Assembly: GCA_963827655.1 (NCBI GenBank) | Contig: CAWHCF010000010.1 | Span: 1-64,000, forward strand | Source of the DNA: an uncultured Acidobacteriota bacterium | Lineage (GTDB): Bacteria; Acidobacteriota; UBA6911 | Direction: 5' to 3' | DNA: 64,000 nt | In this document: positions 49,569 through 60,634 of the stretch, piece by piece | Numbering within the stretch: the stretch's first letter is position 1 | Layout of the letters: each line of letters starts with the position of its first letter | Notes under the pieces: generated by a model | The model's input: only the letters and a program-made list of their open reading frames with translations | What the model was told of the DNA's origin: nothing | The model's database searches: none | Made by a program: the position numbers and the translations under genes

Positions 49569-52500
49569 ATGAAGATCCTTACCGGCACGCTATACGATCC
49601 GGCTTTCGAGCACGACGCCTGTGGTGTGGGCTTCGTGGCCGACGTCCAGGGACGGGCCGGGAAGGAGATCCTACCCCTGGCGCTGAGCGCGTTGGAGCGC
49701 ATGGCCCATCGCGGCGCCGTAGACGCGGATGGCAAAACGGGGGACGGGGCGGGTGTCACAACCCAAATCCCCTACGCCGTTCTGGAACCTCAGCTCGAGC
49801 GCATGGGCATGCAGCTGGCGAGCCCGAACGACCTGGCGGTTGGTTTGTTATTTCTCCCCACCGATCCCGATCGCTGCCGCAGCTGCAAGAAAATCGCGGC
49901 TGAGACCCTGGTGAGACAGGGACTGCGCTTCCTCGGTTGGCGAGCTGTGCCGATTGACGAAACCGTGCTGGGCGAGAAAGCTCGCCGGTCGCGGCCGGTC
50001 ATTTCCCACCTGCTGGTCGGCCGTCCTTTCGGTCTTTCGCACGACGAGTTCGAGCGGCGTCTTTTTCTCGCGCGCAAGGAGATGGAGGGTCGCCTAAAGT
50101 CGTTGAGCATCGACGAATTCTATGTGGCGTCTCTCAGTCACCGAACCCTGGTTTACAAGGCGCTGATTCGCGGCGTTGATCTGGCCCGGTTCTACTGCGA
50201 CCTCAAGCATCCGGAGTTTTCCACTTCGTTCTCGCTTTTCCACCAGCGCTACAGCACCAACACGTTCCCTTGCTGGGGCCTGACTCATCCGTTCAGGTTT
50301 CTCGCGCATAATGGCGAAATCAATACTATCCAGGGGAACCGGAACTGGATGAAAGCTCGGGAAGCCGAGCTGGAATCATCCCTGTTGCAGACCGGATCTT
50401 CCTGGCTCCGGCCTTTGATCCAGGAAGGGATGAGTGATTCCGCCAGCCTGGACAACGCCCTGGAACTACTGACCATGGCAGGGCGCGAGGCGAGCCACAG
50501 TATGGCCATGTTGATGCCTCCGGCCTGGGAGAACGACGTCGAGCTCGCTCCCGAAGTGCGCGCTTTCTTCGAGTACCACTCCTGTCTTACCGAACCCTGG
50601 GATGGTCCCGCGACCGTAGTTTTTACCGATGGGCGCGTGGTAGGCGCCGCGCTCGACCGCAATGGCCTGCGTCCCGCTCGCTACCTTGTCACCAAGGATG
50701 GGCTGGTTGTGGTTTCTTCCGAGGTTGGCGTGGTGGATGTGCCCGCGGAGCGGATCCTGAGGAAGGGTCGACTGGGACCCGGCGATATCGTAGCCGTCGA
50801 TCTGAAGTCGAAAAAATTCCTGGAGCGGCAGGAGATTCACAGCGGGCTGGCGGCACGCAATGACTATCGAGAGTGGCTCGAGGCCCGCCGGATGACCGGA
50901 ATGTCTCAAAAAAGCAGCCCGGTCCCTCTGTCATCTGATTGCGACATCAAGGTTCAAAAAGCTCTGGGATACACGCGCGAAGAGATGGAGCTCATCCTGG
51001 GGCCCATGTTCCGGGAAGGCCTGGAGCCGCTCGGGTCTATGGGAGATGATACTCCGCTCGCGGTCCTCTCTTCGAGGCCGCGTCTCCTCTTCTCTTATTT
51101 CAAGCAACGGTTTGCGCAGGTGACGAATCCACCGATTGACCCGATCCGCGAGGCTCTGGTCATGTCGCTCACCACCCACCTGGGACCGTGCCTCAATCTT
51201 GCGGCGGAAACACCCCAGCATGCAGCGCAGCTTCACCTGGCGAGCCCGCTGCTGCTCAACGAAGAGCTGCGCGACCTGGCCGTCTGGGAGATGGAAGGTT
51301 GGACCTCCCGAACCTTGAGTTTGCTCTTCCGCGCGGACGGAGGTTCGCGAGCTTTCAAGAAGGCGCTGGATAATCTCCTGCTTCAGGCCGCCCGAGCCGT
51401 GGAGGACGGCGCCGCGATATTGATACTCAGCGATCGAGGTATTGATCCCGGCCACGCGGCGATACCAATCCTCCTTGCCGTGTCTGCCGTGCACCACCAC
51501 TTGCTGCGCCAGGGACTCCGGCTCCGAACCAGCCTGGTCGCGGAAACGGGGGAGGCGCGCGACGACCATCAAGTATCCATGCTGTTCGGGTTCGGGGCCA
51601 GCGCCGTCAATCCTTATCTGGTTCTGGAAATGATTGCCGTCGCCGCGCGGGAGTCCGGCGGGTCCGAGCGTGAAGCCGATGAAGCCGTGGCACGCTACGT
51701 GAAATCCCTCAGCAAGGGCATCCTGAAGATCATGTCCAAGATGGGAATTTCGACGCTCCGCTCTTACCAGGGCGCCCAGCTTTTCGAGGCTCTCGGAGTC
51801 GGCACGGAACTTATCCAGGATCACTTCACCGGCACACCCTCGCAGATCGGAGGGGTGGGACTCGACGAAATCGCCCTCGAAGTTCTGGAGCGCCACACCC
51901 TGGCTTACGGACCCGAAGCGTTGTCCCAGCTCGAGGACGGCGGCTTCCATCGCTACCGCAAAGGGGGTGAAGTTCATGCGTTCGCCCCGCAGGTTATCAA
52001 GACTCTTCATGCGCTGGTGGCGAGCGGCGAACCGTTACGATATGAGGCCTACGCGGAACTGGTGCATCAACGAGACCCGATCGTACCCCGCGACTTGCTG
52101 GAATTTGTCAAAGGCGAACCGGTTCCCCTCGACGAAGTGGAACCGGTGGAAAAAATCTTTCCTCGTTTCATGACCGCGGCCATGTCACTCGGCGCGTTGA
52201 GTCCGGAGGCGCACGAAGTGCTGGCCATCGCGATGAACCGCATCGGAGGCCGGAGCAATTCCGGTGAAGGAGGAGAAGATCCGGCGCGATACTGGGAGGT
52301 CGGGAAAAACGGCGATTCTGCCAACAGCCGGATCAAGCAGGTTGCGTCCGCCCGATTCGGCGTCACTGCCGAATATGTAATGTCGGCGCACGAGCTGCAG
52401 ATCAAAATGGCTCAGGGATCGAAGCCGGGCGAGGGAGGGCAGTTGCCGGGACACAAAGTTGCCCCGCACATTGCGCGCCTCCGCCATTCTTCGCCGGGCA

Positions 52501-54110
52501 TCACCCTCATCTCGCCCCCGCCCCATCATGACATCTACAGTATCGAAGACCTGGCGCAGCTGATCTATGACCTGAAGCGCGTCAATCCAAGAGCCAAGGT
52601 CAATGTCAAGTTGGTCTCCGAGGTGGGCATCGGCACGATCGCCGCCGGCGTTGCCAAGGCATTCGCCGACGTGATTCTGATCAGCGGACATGACGGCGGG
52701 ACCGGAGCATCGCCCCGAGGATCCATCAAGCATGCCGGCACTCCATGGGAGCTCGGACTGGCGGAGACTCAGCAGGTACTGGTAATGAGCGGGCTGCGCG
52801 ACCGCGTGCGGCTTCAGGCGGACGGAGGGTTCAAGACCGGACGAGATGTCGTAATGGCGGCGCTGCTCGGCGCGGAGGAATACGGTTTCGGTTCGGCCGC
52901 GGTAGTGGCGGCCGGGTGCGTCATGGCCCGGCAATGTCACTTGAATACCTGTCCGGTCGGTATTGCCACCCAACGCGAGGATCTGCGCAAGAAATTCACC
53001 GGCACCCCGGAGATGGTCATCAGTTTCCTTGCCGCGGTGGCGAACGAAATCCGGCAGATTCTGGCCTTGCTTGGTTATCGCACTCTTGGCGAAATCATAG
53101 GACGGACGGAGCTTCTTTCGGTCCGCATGCCGCCGGCGAGATTCAAAGTTTCCACGGTCGAGCTCGATCGTGTCCTTGCGGGAGCGCGACTCAACGGACA
53201 GCCAAGGCAATGCCGGGTGACACGCAACGATCCACCCGTTGGGGAAGGCCATCTCGATGATCGCGTGCTCGAAGTCTTGCGCCTCGAAGAGGATGGTCCG
53301 GTCCCCCTGGAGATGGACCTGGAGATCAGGAATTCCGATCGCGCCGTGGGAGCGCGGATTGGCGGAAATCTGGCGTATCGCTACCGGGACCGAAAGCTGG
53401 CGCCCGGAACGGTGAAGTTGAATTACACGGGGACCGCCGGCCAGAGTTTCGGCGCATTCTGCGTCGACGGAATCCAGATGGTGCTGCGGGGTGAAGCGAA
53501 CGACTATGTCGGAAAGAGCATGTCGGGCGGAGAAATCATTGTCTCGCCCCCCGCCGCGCTCAACGATTCCAGCCACGATCACATCATCGCCGGGAACACG
53601 ATTCTTTACGGAGCCACCGGGGGGCGGCTTTTCCTGGGAGGGCGCGTAGGAGAAAGATTTGCGGTACGAAACAGCGGCGCCCTGGCGGTGGTGGAAGGTA
53701 CCGGCGATCACGCATGCGAGTATATGACCTCGGGTGTAGTAGCTATTCTAGGTGAAACCGGCCGGAATTTCGGGGCCGGAATGTCCGGTGGGGCTGCCTA
53801 CGTTTTTGACCCCGAGGGTATTTTTCAGCGTCGTTACAACCCCGAACTGATAACCCTCGAAGCCAACCTGCCCACGAAGGATCAGGAACTTCTCCGCCAG
53901 ATGATTGCCTGGCACTACAAAGGGACCGGCAGCGCCCGGGCGCGCGAGATCCTCGACCGCTGGGAAGAGTTGCTTCCTCTTTTCTGGATGGTCGTTCCGA
54001 AAGACGCCGCTCAGCTGAAGGCCCCTCGCTCACAACCTGCTTCGGCCCCCGTCCGGCGCGTCGTCCCCGTCCTGCGCACTGCTTCGGTGAGAGCCTCCGG
54101 CATCGCCTGA
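49569..54110 (+). CDS. gltB: Glutamate synthase large subunit
   Basis: HDACGVGF, HQRYSTNT, AHNGEINT, IKMAQGSKPGEGGQLPG, CVMARQCHLNTC, GXGXG repeats. Confidence 0.97.
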   Translation: MKILTGTLYDPAFEHDACGVGFVADVQGRAGKEILPLALSALERMAHRGAVDADGKTGDGAGVTTQIPYAVLEPQLERMGMQLASPNDLAVGLLFLPTDPDRCRSCKKIAAETLVRQGLRFLGWRAVPIDETVLGEKARRSRPVISHLLVGRPFGLSHDEFERRLFLARKEMEGRLKSLSIDEFYVASLSHRTLVYKALIRGVDLARFYCDLKHPEFSTSFSLFHQRYSTNTFPCWGLTHPFRFLAHNGEINTIQGNRNWMKAREAELESSLLQTGSSWLRPLIQEGMSDSASLDNALELLTMAGREASHSMAMLMPPAWENDVELAPEVRAFFEYHSCLTEPWDGPATVVFTDGRVVGAALDRNGLRPARYLVTKDGLVVVSSEVGVVDVPAERILRKGRLGPGDIVAVDLKSKKFLERQEIHSGLAARNDYREWLEARRMTGMSQKSSPVPLSSDCDIKVQKALGYTREEMELILGPMFREGLEPLGSMGDDTPLAVLSSRPRLLFSYFKQRFAQVTNPPIDPIREALVMSLTTHLGPCLNLAAETPQHAAQLHLASPLLLNEELRDLAVWEMEGWTSRTLSLLFRADGGSRAFKKALDNLLLQAARAVEDGAAILILSDRGIDPGHAAIPILLAVSAVHHHLLRQGLRLRTSLVAETGEARDDHQVSMLFGFGASAVNPYLVLEMIAVAARESGGSEREADEAVARYVKSLSKGILKIMSKMGISTLRSYQGAQLFEALGVGTELIQDHFTGTPSQIGGVGLDEIALEVLERHTLAYGPEALSQLEDGGFHRYRKGGEVHAFAPQVIKTLHALVASGEPLRYEAYAELVHQRDPIVPRDLLEFVKGEPVPLDEVEPVEKIFPRFMTAAMSLGALSPEAHEVLAIAMNRIGGRSNSGEGGEDPARYWEVGKNGDSANSRIKQVASARFGVTAEYVMSAHELQIKMAQGSKPGEGGQLPGHKVAPHIARLRHSSPGITLISPPPHHDIYSIEDLAQLIYDLKRVNPRAKVNVKLVSEVGIGTIAAGVAKAFADVILISGHDGGTGASPRGSIKHAGTPWELGLAETQQVLVMSGLRDRVRLQADGGFKTGRDVVMAALLGAEEYGFGSAAVVAAGCVMARQCHLNTCPVGIATQREDLRKKFTGTPEMVISFLAAVANEIRQILALLGYRTLGEIIGRTELLSVRMPPARFKVSTVELDRVLAGARLNGQPRQCRVTRNDPPVGEGHLDDRVLEVLRLEEDGPVPLEMDLEIRNSDRAVGARIGGNLAYRYRDRKLAPGTVKLNYTGTAGQSFGAFCVDGIQMVLRGEANDYVGKSMSGGEIIVSPPAALNDSSHDHIIAGNTILYGATGGRLFLGGRVGERFAVRNSGALAVVEGTGDHACEYMTSGVVAILGETGRNFGAGMSGGAAYVFDPEGIFQRRYNPELITLEANLPTKDQELLRQMIAWHYKGTGSARAREILDRWEELLPLFWMVVPKDAAQLKAPRSQPASAPVRRVVPVLRTASVRASGIA

Positions 54111-54116
54111 AAAAAC

Positions 54117-54151
54117 ACCACTAAGACACGAAGACCCAAAGAAACGCCAAG
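54117..54151 (+). repeat. ACACGAAG-family repeat
   Basis: ACCACTAAGACACGAAGACCCAAAGAAACGCCAAG. Confidence 0.8.
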
Positions 54152-54316
54152 CAATCACCCACGGCTTAAACGAAACAGCCCGGATTTGGGGGCGTAATAA
54201 TTGAGTGGTCGCTAGTGGAGGCGTCAGTAAAAAACCGTCGCTCGAAGAACTGGACTGTCGCTACGAGCCCTGCTATCCTCAGCGGATCGTAACCCTGACT
54301 CTAGTTTGACTTAGCT

Positions 54317-55555
54317 ATGAAGAAGCTCCTTTTCCTGATTATTGCCCTGGGCTGCGCCGGCCTTGTCGGCTTTCGAGCTTACAACGCCTATAAGGCCAAG
54401 GCTGCTGGACCCGCGCCCGGAAGCGTCAGGGAGACAAAGTCGTCCGGAAGAGGCGGCGGCGTTGCGCTGATACGGGTGCCGCTGGTCGATACGGCTATCG
54501 CTTCCGAGGGCAGTCTGGAAGATAAAGTGTCTCTTGTCGGAAGCCTCAGACCCATTGCCGAAGTCCAGGTAATGTCGAAGATTGCAGGAAGAGTCGAGAA
54601 GGTCCTGGTCGACGTCGGCGACTCCGTCCAGGCCGGGCAGCTTATGGCCCAGGTAGAAGACCGGGAAATCCAGCAACAGATTCAAGAGGCCGAGGCGTCG
54701 CTCTCGGTGGCCCGCGCGTCTATTCGAGGACGGGAAGCCGAGCTGGCGAACGTGATCCGGCAGGTCAAGCGCTTCCGCGAGCTTCACGAACAAAACTTGA
54801 TAGCGCGCCAGGATCTTGACGACCTGATCACACGACAGCAGTCCGCCGAAGCGCAGCTCGAGCTGGGAAAAGCTCAGGCGACGCAGGCCGAGGCCAACGT
54901 CAACCAGTTCAAGATCAATCTGGAAAACACGCGCAGTAATGCTCCGATGGATGGTTTCGTGGCAAAACGCAACATCCATCCCGGCGCGCTGGTCGCCATC
55001 AACACTCCCATCGTAAACCTCGTCGATCTGCGAACGCTTCGGATGGTGATTAACGTGGTCGAGCGGGACATTGTCCGGGTCAACAAGGGAGTGAGCGCAG
55101 AAGTTTCAGTGGACGCCTTTCCGGGCAGAACCTTCGCCGGAAAGGTTCTCCGGGTTTCCCCCGTGATGGATCCGGCCACGCGAACGGGCGAAGTGGAGAT
55201 TCACGTCTCTAATCCAGGCAACCTGCTCCGAGCCGAGATGTTCGCCCGGGTGACGCTGGATCTGGGCGGCAACCGAACAGGAATTCTGGTGCCGCGCGAA
55301 GCCCTGGTCTACAAAGGGGACCAGAGCGGCGTGTTCACGCTGGAGGGCTCGGTGGCCCGATTCCGTCCGGTCGAACCAGGCTTGACACAGCAAGCCTCGG
55401 TCGAGATCGTGCAGGGTCTGAAATTGGGAGAAAAAGTGGTCGCCATGGGAGCTTCACTCCTGAAGGATGGCGACCAGGTGCGTTTGAAAGGGGAAGGCCC
55501 GCCTCCAGGAAGAGGAGGGAGGTCAGGGGGACCCGGTCCGGCGTCAAAAATGTGA
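54317..55555 (+). CDS. RND efflux periplasmic adaptor subunit
   Basis: N-terminal TM; lipoyl-like VDVGDSVQAGQ; coiled coil; APMDG; DPATRT. Confidence 0.9.
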   Translation: MKKLLFLIIALGCAGLVGFRAYNAYKAKAAGPAPGSVRETKSSGRGGGVALIRVPLVDTAIASEGSLEDKVSLVGSLRPIAEVQVMSKIAGRVEKVLVDVGDSVQAGQLMAQVEDREIQQQIQEAEASLSVARASIRGREAELANVIRQVKRFRELHEQNLIARQDLDDLITRQQSAEAQLELGKAQATQAEANVNQFKINLENTRSNAPMDGFVAKRNIHPGALVAINTPIVNLVDLRTLRMVINVVERDIVRVNKGVSAEVSVDAFPGRTFAGKVLRVSPVMDPATRTGEVEIHVSNPGNLLRAEMFARVTLDLGGNRTGILVPREALVYKGDQSGVFTLEGSVARFRPVEPGLTQQASVEIVQGLKLGEKVVAMGASLLKDGDQVRLKGEGPPPGRGGRSGGPGPASKM

Positions 55556-55561
55556 CCTTTC

Positions 55562-55684
55562 CGATTGCGGATTTTATCGATTGCGGATTGCGGATTTCAG
55601 ATTGCGGATTATCACTATTGAAAATCCCGACTTCCAACTGAGGCTGTCTTCAATCCGAAATCCGCAATCTGCAATCCGAAATTG
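55562..55684. repeat. Inverted heptamer arrays (GATTGCG)n / (AATCCGC)n between RND genes
   Basis: GATTGCGGATTGCGGATTTCAGATTGCGGATT versus CAATCCGAAATCCGCAATCTGCAATCCGAAAT. Confidence 0.85.
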
Positions 55685-55686
55685 AC

Positions 55687-58600
55687 ATGAGCCTCTCCAG
55701 TTTTTCAATCGAGCGACCCATCACGACCTACATCATGGCAGCGGTGGCCGTGCTGCTAGGCGCAATCTCCTTCTATCGACTCCCCGTCGACCTGATGCCC
55801 GAAAGCGAGTATCCCACCATATCGGTGCGCACCGGGTATCCGGGAGTGGGTCCGGAAGAGATTGAGACGATCATCAGCCGCCCGATGGAGCGTACCCTGA
55901 CGTCAGCGCCCGGGGTCGACCGGATCACCTCGACCTCATCCGAAGGGTCGAGCAGCATCCGGGTTATGTTTACCTGGGGAACCAATCTGGACGAGGCGGC
56001 CAACGAGATCCGCGCCCGAATCGATCGAGTTCGGGGCACCCTCCCTCCCGAAGTCGAGCCACCGACGCTCTACAAGTTCGACGCATCGCAGTCTCCCATC
56101 ATGTTCCTGTCTCTCTCCGGTGACATGGATCCCCGGACGCTGCGGCAATTCGCCGAAGACGAGATTCAGTACCGGATTGAGCGGGTCCCCGGGGTCGCAG
56201 CCGTAGATGTCCGGGGCGGGTTGAAGCGCGAGATTCATGTCGATCTCATTCTGGAAAAGATCAAGGCGCTGGATCTGTCGCTGGCCCAGGTTGTCAGCGC
56301 CATTCGCGCCGAGAACATGAATCTGCCGGTCGGGCCGGTGAATGAGGGAAGGTACGAGCTCCTGATCCGGACCCAGGGAGAATTCGAGAACGTCGATCAG
56401 ATCCGCAACATGGTGGTGGCCGTGCGCAACGGCGTTCCGGTTTACGTGAAGGACGTCGCCTTCGTGGATGACTCCTGGGAGGAAGTGCGCAGCCTGGTTC
56501 GCATCGACGGCCGGCCGGGAATCCGCATGTCGGTGCGCAAGCAGTCGGGGTCCAACACCGTGGAAGTGGCGGACAATGTCAACAAGGAGCTGGAGCGCAT
56601 TAACCGGGAGCTTCCCGGAGTCAGTGTTATCGCGACCATGGACAGCGCCAAGTTCATCAAGAGCGCCATCGCCAACGTGCGCGAATCGGCGATCTATGGC
56701 TCGATCCTGGCCATCCTGATCCTCTTCATTTTTCTGCGCAATGTCGTCAGCACCCTGATCATCACTGTTTCTATTCCGATCACCATCATCGCCACCTTCG
56801 CCCTGCTTTACTACTATAACTTCACGCTCAACACGATGAGTTTCGGCGGCCTCGCTCTCGGGGTGGGGATGATCGTGGATAATGCCATCGTGCTGCTCGA
56901 GAACATCTTCCGTCATCGAGAGGCAGGAAAGGAGCGTAAGGAAGCGGCGCTTATCGGCACGCGCGAGGTGGCGATGGCTATTACCGCTTCGACTCTCACC
57001 TCCGTGGCCGTATTCGTGCCGCTGATTTTCTTGACCGGGATGTCGGGCATCATGTTCCGGCAGCTCTCCTATGTCGTGATCTTCTTCCAGGTTTTCTCTC
57101 TCTTCATGGGTCTGACCCTGGTTCCGGTCCTCTGCTCAAAGTATCTGCGGGTCCGGCCGGTATCCGAGGCGCGCCATCCCATGCTGAACCACATCGCATT
57201 GGCGGGGCAGCGGATTCTGGACAAGCTGGACGAGAAATACCAGGGCGGAATTCACTGGGCGCTCGATCACCGTAAGTCTGTGGTCCTGGTCTCGGTGGCG
57301 CTCATGGGCGCTACGCTCCTGCTGGTCCCGTTGATCGGGGTTGAGTTGATGCCGGAGACGGATGAAGGGGAAGTGCGGGTTCGTGTCGAGATGCCAACCG
57401 GGACGCGCATCGACGCCACGGACGAAATCTGCCGGCGCATCGAAACTATGGTGTTACGCGAAGTCCCCGAAGCGGAGCATATTCAGACGGAGATCGGCGG
57501 CAGCAGCTTCTTGGAGACGTCGTCTACCCATGTCGCTGATATCCGGCTGACCTTGAAGGACAGAAAAGAGCGCACGCGCTCGACCCAGGAAATTGCCGCG
57601 GCCATTCGCCAGAAACTGCCTCCCATGCCAGGGGTCCTGATTCGGACCCGAGCCGGCGGAAACCGAATGTTCCGCATGGGGAATGAGAGCGAAGATCGGC
57701 TCAGCGTCGAGGTGCGAGGCTTCGACATTCGGGAAGCGTCGGAGCTTGCTACCAGGTCAAGACGGTGATGGAGCGGACTCCCGGCGTGGTCGACGCCCAG
57801 ATCAGCCGCCGGGAAGGGATGCCCGAGATGCTGGTTCACGTCGATCGCGACAAAGCCTCCCTCATGGGGCTCTCGGTTGCGCAACTCGCCAATACGCTTC
57901 GCACGGCGGTCGGCGGGACGCGCGCCAGCGTGTTCCGCGAGGGTGGCGATGAATTCAATATTCAGGTTCGACTCCAGGAGCGGGATCGGAATGATCTCAA
58001 CCAGATCGCTCAGGTCCCCATTGCCGCGCCCGTAGGCCGCACTCTTCCGGTCAGCAGCGTTATCCAGACCGAGAGGGTCGAGGGACCGGTGAGCATCGAA
58101 CGCAGGGACCAGGAACGGATCATCACAGTCAGCGCCAACCTTTCCAACCGCGACATGGGGAGCGTCGCGAGCGACATCAATGACGGTTTTCAAAATCTGA
58201 AAATTCCCAATAATTTCTATCTGCTGTTCGGCGGAGAGCTGGAAGAGAAGGAGCGGGCGTTCCGCGAGCTCCTGTTCAGCCTTATTCTGGCCATCGCGCT
58301 CGTGTACGCCGTGATGGCCGCCCAGTTCGAATCATTCCGGGATCCTCTGATCATAATGTTCTCCATTCCGCTGGCTGGAATCGGCGTGGCGCTCGCCTTG
58401 TTCCTCACCAACACGGTCTTCAACATGCAAGCCTTCATTGGATTGATCATGCTGGCCGGCATTGTGGTGAACAATGCCATCGTCCTGATCGACTACACCA
58501 ACCTGCTGCGGCGCGAGTACGGTCACTCTCTGCGCGAGGCGATCGAGCTGGGGGGAAGGCGGAGGTTGCGGCCCATCCTCATGACCACCCTGACGGCCAT

Positions 58601-58769
58601 TCTCGGTCTGATTCCGATGGCTATGGGATTCGGCGAAGGCGGAGAAGTTCAATCCCCCATGGCTCGTGTCGTTATCGGCGGACTCACTACTTCCACTCTT
58701 ATCACCTTGATTTTCATTCCAGTGCTCTACTACATTGTCGAGCACCGGATGGAACGCAAAAAAGTGTGA
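55687..58769 (+). CDS. RND efflux permease AcrB family (frameshift near 57750)
   Basis: GMIVDNAIVLLENI in the first ORF; GIVVNNAIVLID and RLRPILMT in the second. Confidence 0.9.
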
Positions 58770-58853
58770 CAGGCCTACCCTTTCACCCTTTTTTCTCTTC
58801 GATGACCGAAGTGCTCCGTTCGCGACCAAAAAGGTGAAAGGGTAGCCTGTCAC
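58766..58853. repeat. REP-like long inverted repeat
   Basis: GTGACAGGCCTACCCTTTCACCCTTTTT versus AAAAAGGTGAAAGGGTAGCCTGTCAC. Confidence 0.78.
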
Positions 58854-58866
58854 CGATTTCAAAATC

Positions 58867-60387
58867 ATGGCCACGCCTCTGATCCGGGAAGAACCCGGCC
58901 CGGCACCAATCCGCCATTTGAGATGGTACATATGCGGGTTGCTGTTCCTGGCCACCACGATCAATTACCTCGACCGGCAGACCATCGCCGTCCTGAAGCC
59001 CATTCTTCAGAATGAGCTTGGCTGGACCGAAGCCGGCTACGGTTGGATCAATTTTTCATTTCAGACCGCTTACGCGATCATGCTGGGCGTTTCGGGACGA
59101 CTCCTGGATCTTTTCGGAGTGCGCACCGGGTTCATCGTTGCGGTCATTGTCTGGAGCCTGGCTGCCATGGCGCACGCGCTCAGCCGGGGAACGCTGAGTT
59201 TCGCCCTGGCCCGTTTCGCCCTGGGTGTAGGGGAGGCGGCCAACTTTCCCGCATCGATCAAGGCTGTGGCAGAGTGGTTTCCCAAGAGAGAACGAGCCCT
59301 GGCCACCGGCATCTTCAATTCCGGAACCAACGTCGGAGTGATGCTATCCCCGCTGGTGGTCATGCTCGCAAGCATCTACAGCTGGCAGGCGGCCTTCATT
59401 TTGACCGGTCTTACCGGTTTTGTCTGGCTGGTTGGATGGATCTGGTCTTATCGTCCGCCTGAGGACCATCCCAGACTTTCAGCGAACGAACGGGCGCTGA
59501 TCGAGAGTGACAAGGAAATTCAGACAAGCGCGGCCAAGGTTCCCTGGATTTCACTCCTGCGCTATCGCCAGGCCTGGGCCTTCCTGCTGGGAAAAATGAT
59601 GACCGATCCGGTCTGGTGGTTCTACTTGTATTGGCTTCCCCCGTACTTGAATAAGGAGCGCGGGGTCTCTGCCCTGACCGGAGCCGTCATGTTGATTATC
59701 CCTTACATAGCTGCTGACATCGGCAGCGTCGGCGGAGGGTGGCTTTCCGGGTCATTCATCAATCGCGGCTGGACTGTGGGGCGCGCGCGGGTCATCACCC
59801 TCATGATTTTCGCGCTGTGCATGCCCGGCGCTATCTGGGCGGTTTTGACCGATAGTTTCTGGGTGGCGCTCTCGTTGATCAGCCTCGCAACGGCGGCTCA
59901 TCAGGGGTGGTCGGCCAACATGTTTACCACCGCTTCAGACATGTTTCCCAAGGCGATCGTGGGCTCGGTCGTCGGCCTCGGTGGAATGTGCGGCGCCATT
60001 GGCGGCATGTTCATGACCCTGGTCGCCGGGGGTATTCTGCAATGGTTCGGAACTTATGTTCCGCTGTTTATAGTGGCCGGCGTCATGCATCCCCTGGCTC
60101 TGCTCGTCATACTGTTCTTCGCAGGCTCAGATTTGAAGGAAGCCGACGTCAAAGAGGGAGCTCGAGGCGCCAGTCCGGTGCTCGTGACCGCAGGGGTCGG
60201 GGTGGCAGCGGTCGGCATTATCCTGGTGGCGCTGGTGTGGAGTAACTGGAGTTATATCGCCGAAGCCGCGAAGTCGGTCAGCACCGCCGCCGCCGGATTA
60301 GTCGCTTCCTCGGGAGTCGCAGTCCTGGGTCTGATACTGGTTTATGCCGGGCTGGGAAAAACCGGCACGGGCTCCAGATCTCTATGA
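58867..60387 (+). CDS. MFS transporter, ExuT/hexuronate (ACS) family
   Basis: TINYLDRQ, GEAANFPA, ATGIFNSG, DPVWWFYLYWLP, AHQGWSAN. Confidence 0.88.
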   Translation: MATPLIREEPGPAPIRHLRWYICGLLFLATTINYLDRQTIAVLKPILQNELGWTEAGYGWINFSFQTAYAIMLGVSGRLLDLFGVRTGFIVAVIVWSLAAMAHALSRGTLSFALARFALGVGEAANFPASIKAVAEWFPKRERALATGIFNSGTNVGVMLSPLVVMLASIYSWQAAFILTGLTGFVWLVGWIWSYRPPEDHPRLSANERALIESDKEIQTSAAKVPWISLLRYRQAWAFLLGKMMTDPVWWFYLYWLPPYLNKERGVSALTGAVMLIIPYIAADIGSVGGGWLSGSFINRGWTVGRARVITLMIFALCMPGAIWAVLTDSFWVALSLISLATAAHQGWSANMFTTASDMFPKAIVGSVVGLGGMCGAIGGMFMTLVAGGILQWFGTYVPLFIVAGVMHPLALLVILFFAGSDLKEADVKEGARGASPVLVTAGVGVAAVGIILVALVWSNWSYIAEAAKSVSTAAAGLVASSGVAVLGLILVYAGLGKTGTGSRSL

Positions 60388-60626
60388 CCACTGCTCTGTT
60401 TGTGAGTGAGATCAAGACCGCCGAAGGTAGATACCCGAGCCAGGTTGTGCTGCGCGAGGTAAAGTCCAGAACCTACGCAACTCACATCAAAGTCCTTCCT
60501 CCGGGCGAGGAACCGTACTACATATTAGGCCGCTACTTTTTCAGTTTCGATGAAGCTCAGGACGATTTCCACAAACGATCCCGAGAGCTGGAAGACCTTC
60601 AGAGCAGCAGCGAGAGCAAATCATAG
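60384..60626 (+). CDS. Small hypothetical protein
   Basis: 80-aa ORF, ATGA-coupled to the MFS gene and 8 nt before hemE. Confidence 0.6.
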   Translation: MTTALFVSEIKTAEGRYPSQVVLREVKSRTYATHIKVLPPGEEPYYILGRYFFSFDEAQDDFHKRSRELEDLQSSSESKS

Positions 60627-60634
60627 TTGACTCG

